Source: a virus (taxonomy: Duplodnaviria; Caudoviricetes). Taken from it: DNA of 64,000 nucleotides. The notes under the pieces were generated by a model that saw nothing but the letters and a program-made list of their open reading frames with translations, made no database searches and was not told the origin of the DNA. The stretch lies in IMG/VR virus record IMGVR_UViG_3300032303_002590. One strand, given 5' to 3'. Shown in pieces: positions 49,513 through 55,565 of the stretch (position 1 is the stretch's first letter; each line of letters opens with the position of its first letter). Position numbers and translations under genes: made by a program.

Positions 49513-49627
49513 TTACCAATGCTCGCTGTTAATTAATGATGGTGCTAAACGGATGAAAAAGGGTTTATAGTAATCTAGAGTACAAGCAAATCATTAATCA
49601 GAAACCCTGAAAGACCAAGGTTGGTAA
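49513..49627 (+). ncRNA. Putative structured ncRNA (about 115 nt)
   Basis: TTACCAAT/GTTGGTAA closing stem; ATTAATGAT/ATCATTAAT; AGGGTTT/AAACCCT crossing pair. Confidence 0.5.
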
Positions 49628-49630
49628 AGA

Positions 49631-49732
49631 AGCTAAGTGGGCGTAATGAGGAATTGGTTTCCGAATCCAGTCAAATGGTTGTCTAGTCCGTTTTAAATGA
49701 AACGGTATCCGGTTCGAGTCCGGCCTTAGCTC
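49631..49732 (+). ncRNA. tRNA-like RNA with a non-canonical core
   Basis: Acceptor AGCTAAG/CTTAGCT, T arm CCGG-TTCGAGT-CCGG, no standard anticodon arm. Confidence 0.6.
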
Positions 49733-49774
49733 TAAATTTAAGATTACCGTTCTTCGAATTTAAAAAACAAAACT

Positions 49775-50086
49775 ATGGAACAAATTTTAGCATTTGTTTT
49801 AGGTGTTGGTGCAGTTGCCTTTGTATGGGTAGTTGTGGTAGCGTTTAAGGCAGCAAACAGATTAAATGAAGTAGAAGGTCTTCTAAAAGACCTTGAACAA
49901 GCCTATGATATTATGGATAGGAGAATAGACGAAAGGGATCAACTAGCTAATAGAAGAATCGATCAAGAAATTGATCGAGTAGATCAAATCTACAGAGAAT
50001 GTATCTCACATACAGATTCAAGATTAGATAAATTAACAAATAAATTAAATGTAACTCCGGTAGCAAAGGAGTTCTTAAAAGATTAA
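49775..50086 (+). CDS. TM plus coiled-coil protein
   Basis: N-terminal hydrophobic segment; flanked by a 12-bp inverted repeat. Confidence 0.65.
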   Translation: MEQILAFVLGVGAVAFVWVVVVAFKAANRLNEVEGLLKDLEQAYDIMDRRIDERDQLANRRIDQEIDRVDQIYRECISHTDSRLDKLTNKLNVTPVAKEFLKD

Positions 50087-50116
50087 AAAAATAAATTAAC
50101 CAAAAGAACGGTAATT

Positions 50117-50608
50117 ATTAAAAAACTATTATACATATTATATTTCATTCCACTACTATGTCATTCACAGAATATCATAATAGGAGATTCACAAACACCT
50201 TACATTGATAAGCATTCAGATAAGGTAGAAAAAGTACAATCATTATGGAAAGGTGGAATAGGAGTTAAAAAATTAACTTCAATGGTTTTGAATTATAAAA
50301 CATCACCTGAAATAAAAAATGTAGTTTTATGTATAGGAACAAATGATACTTTCCAAGCAGGAAATATTAAGCAATTGTTTCAAGCAGTAAAAAGAACTTT
50401 TCCAAACGCTACTATTTATGCAATAAAAGGATCATGGAGTTGGGGAAACAACAAAAACATAACACAACAAAAAGTAAACAAATATTATAAACTATACGAA
50501 CAACAAGGAGCAATCATACTAGATCCAGCAATAGGAAATAATAATCCTCACAAAGATCTACCAGTTTATAAAACAATAGCAAAAAAATTAGACAGTATTT
50601 TAAAATAA
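50117..50608 (+). CDS. SGNH/GDSL hydrolase-like protein (frame extends to ATT at 50117)
   Basis: In-frame IKKLLYILYFIPLLCHS-QNIIIGDSQT upstream of ATG 50282; IGTND block III; NPH. Confidence 0.55.
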   Translation: MKKLLYILYFIPLLCHSQNIIIGDSQTPYIDKHSDKVEKVQSLWKGGIGVKKLTSMVLNYKTSPEIKNVVLCIGTNDTFQAGNIKQLFQAVKRTFPNATIYAIKGSWSWGNNKNITQQKVNKYYKLYEQQGAIILDPAIGNNNPHKDLPVYKTIAKKLDSILK

Positions 50609-50631
50609 ATCGAGGTTTTTATCTCTATTAC

Positions 50632-50640
50632 ATATTTATA
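50632..50640 (+). promoter_or_regulatory. Putative late promoter driving the tRNA-array leader
   Basis: ATATTTATA, 15 nt before the leader ATG. Confidence 0.55.
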
Positions 50641-50655
50641 GTCACAAAAATTAAA

Positions 50656-50799
50656 ATGAAAGCACAACAAAACATACATCAAGATTTAACTACAATAATG
50701 AGTAGAGCCATTCAACTATGGTCGAATTTATTATGTGGGGATGTCATTTTAGGCTTTACGTATAATAACGAACCGAAAACAACCAAAACCGGGATATGA
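50656..50799 (+). CDS. Putative attenuator leader peptide (47 aa, all 20 amino acids)
   Basis: MKAQQNIHQDLTTIMSRAIQLWSNLLCGDVILGFTYNNEPKTTKTGI*; A-rich start context; followed by a terminator. Confidence 0.7.
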   Translation: MKAQQNIHQDLTTIMSRAIQLWSNLLCGDVILGFTYNNEPKTTKTGI

Positions 50800-50832
50800 T
50801 ATAAGAAATTATAACATATAAATTCTAATAAG

Positions 50833-50866
50833 AAACCCGGATCAAAAAAGATTCGGGTTTTTTTTT
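50833..50866 (+). terminator. Intrinsic terminator of the putative attenuator
   Basis: AAACCCGGATC-A6-GATTCGGGTTT with the T run extending to 50866. Confidence 0.85.
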
Positions 50867-50875
50867 ATAGAAAAA

Positions 50876-50908
50876 TTTGGATAAGCAAAAGATAATTCGT
50901 ATATTTCG
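50876..50908 (+). promoter_or_regulatory. Host-type promoter for the tRNA array
   Basis: TTTG (TTG 50877)-N20-TATATTTCG. Confidence 0.65.
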
Positions 50909-50956
50909 AATGTTAAAAAAATAAATTGTTCATTGACATATTGGATAAAGCAAAAT

Positions 50957-51040
50957 GGAAGGCATCCGGCTGGATCAGGAGCTACTCTTGAAAAGTAGTA
51001 GCAGGTAATACTGTTGTGGGTTCGAGTCCCACGTCTTCCT
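50957..51040 (+). tRNA. tRNA-Ser(TGA)
   Basis: CTACT-CTTGAAA-AGTAG; long variable arm; GTGGG-TTCGAGT-CCCAC. Confidence 0.9.
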
Positions 51041-51046
51041 CAATAT

Positions 51047-51118
51047 TGGCTTATAGTGTAACGGTTAGCACAAAACACTTTGACTGTTTTAGTTTGGGTT
51101 CGAATCCCGATAAGCCAT
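51047..51118 (+). tRNA. tRNA-Gln(TTG)
   Basis: AAACA-CTTTGAC-TGTTT; acceptor TGGCTTA/TAAGCCA. Confidence 0.92.
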
Positions 51119-51128
51119 CAAATAATTA

Positions 51129-51204
51129 CTGGATGTAGAGGAGCCCGGTTTATCTCGCTGGCCTTGGACGCTAGAGCACGCAGGTTCGAATCCTGCCATC
51201 CCGA
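51129..51204 (+). tRNA. tRNA-Pro(TGG)
   Basis: CTGGC-CTTGGAC-GCTAG; GCAGG-TTCGAAT-CCTGC. Confidence 0.9.
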
Positions 51205-51210
51205 CAAATT

Positions 51211-51281
51211 GCCCTTCAAGCTTTAAGGTGAAGCACGATACTTTTAATATCGGGAATCAGGATCATTACCTGAGAGGGGTA
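51211..51281 (+). tRNA. tRNA-Lys(TTT), atypical T loop
   Basis: CGATA-CTTTTAA-TATCG; T arm TCAGG-ATCATTA-CCTGA. Confidence 0.8.
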
Positions 51282-51326
51282 CAATGTTAATTAGGTTTTG
51301 GTCGTTTTTCCTAAAAACTACCCGAA

Positions 51327-51397
51327 GCCTCGTTGGCGTAATGGAAGCGTATTTGTTTTACATGCAAATGGCAGTGGTTCGATTCCACTACGAGGTA
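51327..51397 (+). tRNA. tRNA-Val(TAC)
   Basis: TTTGT-TTTACAT-GCAAA; AGTGG-TTCGATT-CCACT. Confidence 0.9.
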
Positions 51398-51402
51398 CAA
51401 AA

Positions 51403-51483
51403 GGGTAGCAAAAGTCGTTCGGATACGGCAGCCAGACTGTAAATTTGGTCCTCACGGGAGTGGTTCGAGTCCACTGCTGCCCA
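51403..51483 (+). tRNA. tRNA-Tyr(GTA)
   Basis: CCAGA-CTGTAAA-TTTGG; variable arm present. Confidence 0.88.
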
Positions 51484-51500
51484 CAAACTAAAATTAATAA

Positions 51501-51821
51501 ATGGAAACTAAAAGTAAATACTCAGGAAGAGGAAATTATAGAGATTTTTCAAAAATATTAATAGGAGAAGAAATTGTTAAAAATTCTTACTATAACTCTA
51601 TCACAGGAGCTCTTAAAAGATATTTATATCGAAATGGAATTAAAAGTGAAAAATGTGAAGATTGTGGTATTACAGAATGGAATAATAAAAAAATTTCGTT
51701 TGATTTAGAACATATAGATGGTAATTCTTCTAATAATTTATTAGAAAATTTAAAAATATTATGTCCTAATTGCCATTCACAAACTTCTACCTATAAAGGA
51801 AGAAATATAAAGAAAAAATAA
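51501..51821 (+). CDS. HNH endonuclease inserted in the tRNA array
   Basis: CEDCG...LEHIDGNSSNN.LENL..LCPNCHSQT. Confidence 0.88.
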   Translation: METKSKYSGRGNYRDFSKILIGEEIVKNSYYNSITGALKRYLYRNGIKSEKCEDCGITEWNNKKISFDLEHIDGNSSNNLLENLKILCPNCHSQTSTYKGRNIKKK

Positions 51822-51823
51822 TT

Positions 51824-51896
51824 GGGTCTTTGGTATAGCTGGTGCGTACGCTAGTCTGAAGAACTAGAGGAGCAGGTTCGATTCCTGCAGGACCCA
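51824..51896 (+). tRNA. tRNA-Phe(GAA)
   Basis: CTAGT-CTGAAGA-ACTAG. Confidence 0.9.
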
Positions 51897-51909
51897 CAAT
51901 ATTAACCTT

Positions 51910-51981
51910 GGACTTGTAGCTCAGAGGAAGAGCGTTCACCTGTTAAGTGAGGGGTCGGGATTTCGAAATTCCCCAAGTCCG
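51910..51981 (+). tRNA. tRNA-Asn(GTT)
   Basis: TTCAC-CTGTTAA-GTGAG; acceptor GGACTTG/CAAGTCC. Confidence 0.88.
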
Positions 51982-51988
51982 CAAAAAT

Positions 51989-52142
51989 GCACGTATAGAT
52001 GTGCTGTGGATACGCAGAGAACACATCGAGTGGGTTAGTGAGGGTAGTAGGTACACAACACTCCTTAATACTAGGATTGGAGCAAAGAGTTGATGCATAC
52101 TACAAGTAGTTAACAAGGCTGGTTCGATTCCAGTTACGGGCG
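51989..52142 (+). ncRNA. Extended tRNA-like RNA (about 154 nt)
   Basis: Acceptor GCACGTA/TACGGGC and T arm GCTGG-TTCGATT-CCAGT enclosing about 120 nt of hairpins. Confidence 0.65.
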
Positions 52143-52147
52143 CAATT

Positions 52148-52219
52148 GCTCCTATAGTAGAATGGTTAGCACACATCTCTGATAAGGATGAAATGGAAGT
52201 TCAATTCTTCCTAGGAGTA
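52148..52219 (+). tRNA. tRNA-Ile(GAT)
   Basis: CATCT-CTGATAA-GGATG. Confidence 0.9.
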
Positions 52220-52225
52220 CAAAAT

Positions 52226-52310
52226 GGAAAGTAAATCACACAGGGTGTGGGACCGCTTGCTAAGCGAATCGTGCGTTAATTCGCATGGGGATCGATACCT
52301 CTGCTTTCCT
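52226..52310 (+). tRNA. tRNA-Ser(GCT)
   Basis: CGC-TTGCTAA-GCG; long variable arm; T loop ATCGATA. Confidence 0.8.
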
Positions 52311-52317
52311 CTTTAAA

Positions 52318-52443
52318 AACCTGGTCCCTGTCCTCATAACGTGTTTAAGGAACACAGGAGTTGAATGTGCATTCGGGGCGGATAGTGGTGGGACACTGAT
52401 AAATAAAATCTTAAGCACAAAGATAAGTTAACGGGTTCTTATC
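52318..52443 (+). ncRNA. Putative structured RNA within the tRNA array
   Basis: GTCCC/GGGAC, CTGTCC/GGATAG, GATAAG/CTTATC stems. Confidence 0.4.
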
Positions 52444-52447
52444 AATT

Positions 52448-52515
52448 ACCAAGAGGTCAAGGACCAAGGACGGCTCATATCCGACCTTAGAATGGAGCGT
52501 TACCATTTCTTGGTA
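52448..52515 (+). tRNA. tRNA-Met/Ile2(CAT), minimal D arm and atypical T loop
   Basis: Acceptor ACCAAGA/TCTTGGT; D arm GGTC-AAG-GACC; CGG-CTCATAT-CCG; AATGG-AGCGTTA-CCATT. Confidence 0.7.
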
Positions 52516-52573
52516 CTGCATCTCCCAAGGGAGAAGGCTCTGGTTGACGATCTGACCTTATAGATCGTAACAT

Positions 52574-52647
52574 GGTGATTGTAGCTGAATTGGTAAAGCG
52601 TCTGATTGTGGTTCAGGAGATTGTGGGTTCGAGTCCCACCCTTCACA
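52574..52647 (+). tRNA. tRNA-His(GTG)
   Basis: TCTGA-TTGTGGT-TCAGG; G-1 present; two acceptor mismatches. Confidence 0.8.
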
Positions 52648-52653
52648 CTTAAT

Positions 52654-52727
52654 GCCCTCATGGTGAAACTGGTAAACACAACGGTTTTAAGCGCCGTAAG
52701 CTGTAGGTTCGAGTCCTACTGGGGGTA
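52654..52727 (+). tRNA. tRNA-Leu(TAA), short variable loop
   Basis: ACGGT-TTTAAGC-GCCGT; 5-nt variable region. Confidence 0.85.
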
Positions 52728-52797
52728 CAAAAATTATATGGAATAACATATAAAATTACAAAATATAGTGTAATTATATGTAAACACATATACAATT

Positions 52798-52869
52798 GGT
52801 CTTATAGTTTAATTGGAAAAACTTATCGCTACGAACGATAGAACAAAGGTTCGATCCCTTTTAAGACCT
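52798..52869 (+). tRNA. tRNA-Arg(ACG)
   Basis: TATCG-CTACGAA-CGATA. Confidence 0.9.
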
Positions 52870-52874
52870 CAACT

Positions 52875-52947
52875 GCCCTTATAGCATAAATGGAAATGCA
52901 ACATCCTTCTAAGATGTAAAATGGAGATTCGAATTCTTCTAGGGGTA
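52875..52947 (+). tRNA. tRNA-Arg(TCT)
   Basis: ACATC-CTTCTAA-GATGT. Confidence 0.88.
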
Positions 52948-53041
52948 CAAAAAAATCGCATGTATAGACAGATGATAATAATCAAAAGAGCTATTAAAGA
53001 AGTCTGATCAACTTTGGTAGAGTAAGCGATACTCTGCAAAT

Positions 53042-53112
53042 GCGTTCCGCAGACAAGGTGTCGGTACGGTCTCCAAAACTGTTACGGCTGGGTTCGATTC
53101 CTAGGGTTCGCG
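53042..53112 (+). tRNA. tRNA-Trp(CCA)
   Basis: ACGGT-CTCCAAA-ACTGT; CTGGG-TTCGATT-CCTAG; two T-T acceptor mismatches. Confidence 0.8.
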
Positions 53113-53275
53113 CAAGAATTTATAGTAAGAAACAAAGGGCAGGGCACAAAGACACTGAACATTGGAAGAGGTCGAGGAACTTCCATTACTATAAATTAAA
53201 ACAAATTGTTCATAACTTTATGGCTAGTTCTATAATTTCTTAAAATTTTCGTATATTTATAATAAACGGTAAGAT

Positions 53276-53977
53276 ATGAAAAAAATATGTACTAGGTGTA
53301 AAGAAGAAAAGGATTTAGATGAGTTTAGTAATTATAAAAGTTCTAAAGATGGTAAACATATTTACTGCAAAATATGCTCTAGAGATAAATCAAAACAACG
53401 ATACTCTCAGGATACTGAAAGAATAAAAAAGTATCGTGAGGATAATAAAGAAAAGATAAAAGAAATAAACAAAGCTTATAGTCTTAAAAATAAAGAGATA
53501 TTAAATGCTCGTTCTAAACAATGGAATTTAGATAATAAAGAAAAGAGACAAGAGTATGTAAAGCAATGGGCCAGGGAAAATTACGAAAAGAACCATTCTA
53601 AAGTGAGAGAATACCAAAACACCTATAGTAGGAGTAAGTATGCCAACGATCCTCTTTACAGACTCGCTCAACAACTTCGATCACTAATATATCAGAGTTT
53701 TAAGTATAAGTATAAAAAGCAAAAAAGAACACAGACAATACTAGGATGTACCTACGAAGAGTTCAGAATATACCTAGAGTCGAAATTTGAACCTTGGATG
53801 AATTGGGAAAACCAAGGATTGTACAATGGAGATTTTAATTTTGGTTGGGACATGGATCATATAGTGCCAGCTTCAAGTGCAAAAACTGAAGAGGAGATTT
53901 GTAAACTAAATCACTATACTAATTTACGACCCCTATGTTCTAAGGTAAACAGAGATATAAAGAAAAATAAAATATAA
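53276..53977 (+). CDS. HNH homing endonuclease-like protein (paralog of 26422 and 62591)
   Basis: CTRC...CKIC; WDMDHIVP...LNHYTNLRPL...N. Confidence 0.8.
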   Translation: MKKICTRCKEEKDLDEFSNYKSSKDGKHIYCKICSRDKSKQRYSQDTERIKKYREDNKEKIKEINKAYSLKNKEILNARSKQWNLDNKEKRQEYVKQWARENYEKNHSKVREYQNTYSRSKYANDPLYRLAQQLRSLIYQSFKYKYKKQKRTQTILGCTYEEFRIYLESKFEPWMNWENQGLYNGDFNFGWDMDHIVPASSAKTEEEICKLNHYTNLRPLCSKVNRDIKKNKI

Positions 53978-53981
53978 AGTC

Positions 53982-54488
53982 ATGTCAAAACATCAGAGAA
54001 CCTTAGTTATTGATTCAAGTTTTATGGCTCGCAGTATCATATCGACTGAGCGTGCTTTCGTGATTTCGTATAAGGGTAATGCAGAAGTTATAGCTGAACA
54101 CCCAGAAACATTCGGATTAGTAAATCCAAAACTAGAAATTTATAAACCTTCAATCATTAGGGTTTACAAATACGTAAAACAAAACATTCAAAAAGTTCCT
54201 CTAACAAGAGAGAATGTTTATCGAAGAGATAATTACGAATGTGTTTATTGCGGAGCAAGTCACATCAAGTCTCTAACGTTAGATCACGTCATTCCACAAT
54301 CAAAAGGTGGACAAAATGCTTGGGATAATTTAGTAACAGCATGTAGAACTTGTAATTCAGAAAAAGCAGATTTAACTCTTGAGGAATATGGTAAAGAGAT
54401 AGTAGAACCAAAAAGACCTCATTACTTAATGCTAATGAAACAACTAACATACATTCCAGTGGAATGGGAAACATTTTTATTTTTCTAG
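53982..54488 (+). CDS. HNH endonuclease (McrA-like)
   Basis: RRDNYECVYCG...TLDHVIPQSKGG...WDNLVTACRTCNSEK. Confidence 0.9.
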   Translation: MSKHQRTLVIDSSFMARSIISTERAFVISYKGNAEVIAEHPETFGLVNPKLEIYKPSIIRVYKYVKQNIQKVPLTRENVYRRDNYECVYCGASHIKSLTLDHVIPQSKGGQNAWDNLVTACRTCNSEKADLTLEEYGKEIVEPKRPHYLMLMKQLTYIPVEWETFLFF

Positions 54489-54495
54489 TAAAAAG

Positions 54496-54532
54496 TTTGG
54501 ATATTTAAAATATTGTTCGTATATTTAAGTAT
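54496..54532 (+). promoter_or_regulatory. Host-type promoter for the second tRNA block
   Basis: TTG 54497-N20-TATATTTAAGTAT. Confidence 0.7.
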
Positions 54533-54543
54533 AAGAAAGAAAC

Positions 54544-54649
54544 ATCACCTACTACGTAACGCACGATCGACGACACGTACTGTCTGGCAGGTCAGGCTAG
54601 GTGAAAATATAGAAAGGGAGATGTGGGTTCGAATCCCACCTGATCACCA
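54544..54649 (+). ncRNA. tRNA-like RNA ending in encoded CCA, lacking an anticodon arm
   Basis: GTGGG-TTCGAAT-CCCAC-CTGATC-A-CCA; GGTCAG/CTGATC; TCACCTA/TAGGTGA. Confidence 0.6.
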
Positions 54650-54690
54650 AATGGGGTCGGTAGTAATAATTGGCAATTACACTCTAGTAT

Positions 54691-54761
54691 GGGCAGTTGG
54701 CCGATTGGTTAGGCGCAGGATTGCAAACTCTGTTAGGTTGGTTCGATTCCAACATTGCCCT
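54691..54761 (+). tRNA. tRNA-Cys(GCA)
   Basis: CAGGA-TTGCAAA-CTCTG; U73. Confidence 0.88.
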
Positions 54762-54769
54762 CAACAATT

Positions 54770-54843
54770 GCCCGAGTAGCCGAATTGGTATAGGCGCTAG
54801 ACTTAGGATCTAGATTTTGCGAGTTCGAGTCTCGCCTTGGGTA
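54770..54843 (+). tRNA. tRNA-Leu(TAG), short variable loop
   Basis: CTAGA-CTTAGGA-TCTAG; variable region ATTTT. Confidence 0.88.
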
Positions 54844-54848
54844 CAAAA

Positions 54849-54915
54849 TTACAGTTAGCTTATAGTAAAGCAGCAGGGGCTAACCTGCAGAACGGATACG
54901 AACACCGACTGTAAT
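54849..54915 (+). ncRNA. Degenerate tRNA-like cloverleaf with 6-nt loop GGCTAA
   Basis: TTACAGT/ACTGTAA; GCTT/AAGC; GCAGG-GGCTAA-CCTGC; CGG...CCG. Confidence 0.55.
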
Positions 54916-54921
54916 TTAATT

Positions 54922-54994
54922 GCCTTGGTAGCTCAATTGGTAGAGCACTTGTTTTGTAAACAAGAAGTTGCAGGTTCGAGTCCTGTCCTTGGCT
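54922..54994 (+). tRNA. tRNA-Thr(TGT)
   Basis: CTTGT-TTTGTAA-ACAAG. Confidence 0.9.
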
Positions 54995-54998
54995 CAAA

Positions 54999-55101
54999 GT
55001 GTTGTTCCCTTGAGAAAGGAATAGAGTTTGGTAGGTAGGAAAATTAGATACAACTTGCGTGGTTAGTAAAATCTCTACACAACACAGAGGAACTCAACCT
55101 C
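54999..55101 (+). ncRNA. Putative structured RNA between tRNA-Thr and tRNA-Gly
   Basis: GTGTTG/CAACAC, TTCC/GGAA, TAGAG/CTCTA, GAGG/CCTC; complementary loops TTGAG/CTCAA. Confidence 0.5.
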
Positions 55102-55107
55102 AAAATT

Positions 55108-55179
55108 GCGAATGTCGTATAATGGTCATTACTCTTGACTTCCAATCAAGGGATGAGGGTTCGATTCCCTCCATTCGCT
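55108..55179 (+). tRNA. tRNA-Gly(TCC)
   Basis: CTTGA-CTTCCAA-TCAAG. Confidence 0.92.
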
Positions 55180-55185
55180 CAACCT

Positions 55186-55257
55186 GCTGCCATCGTCTAA
55201 CGGTCAGGACCTATGGTTTTCATCCATAAAATCGGAGTTCGATTCTCCGTGGCAGTA
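55186..55257 (+). tRNA. tRNA-Glu(TTC)
   Basis: TATGG-TTTTCAT-CCATA. Confidence 0.9.
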
Positions 55258-55262
55258 CAAAA

Positions 55263-55335
55263 GGGGTCATAGCTCAATTGGCTGAGCGTTACTTTTGCAA
55301 GGTAAAGGATGTGGGTTCGACTCCCATTGGCTCCA
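55263..55335 (+). tRNA. tRNA-Ala(TGC)
   Basis: TTACT-TTTGCAA-GGTAA; G3:U70. Confidence 0.92.
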
Positions 55336-55340
55336 CAAAA

Positions 55341-55411
55341 GGTCTAGTAGTGAAAAAGCATCATCCAACACTGTCACTGTTGAGTAGCCGGAGCGTTACC
55401 GGTCTAGACCG
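55341..55411 (+). tRNA. tRNA-Asp(GTC), atypical T loop
   Basis: CAACA-CTGTCAC-TGTTG; GCCGG-AGCGTTA-CCGGT. Confidence 0.82.
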
Positions 55412-55420
55412 CTAATAAAT

Positions 55421-55493
55421 TGCGTTAAAGTGTAAAGGTTGCATCCTGGTCTCATAAGCCAGGGGGGTGGTTCGAGTCCACGTTACGCTACCA
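55421..55493 (+). tRNA. tRNA-Met(CAT), initiator-like
   Basis: CTGGT-CTCATAA-GCCAG; 1:72 mismatch; encoded CCA. Confidence 0.8.
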
Positions 55494-55565
55494 GGCCTTG
55501 TAGCTCAAAGGAGGAGCAGTTCGCTCATAACGAAAAGGTTGGGATTTCGAAATTCCCCAAGGCCA
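55494..55565 (+). tRNA. tRNA-Ile2/Met(CAT)
   Basis: TTCG-CTCATAA-CGAA; acceptor GGCCTTG/CAAGGCC. Confidence 0.85.

Noticed and set aside
49253-49732. tmRNA or RNase P RNA
   Set aside because: No Ala acceptor with G3:U70 and no tag ORF; GAAAGTC is present but without the matching 3' P4 strand of RNase P.
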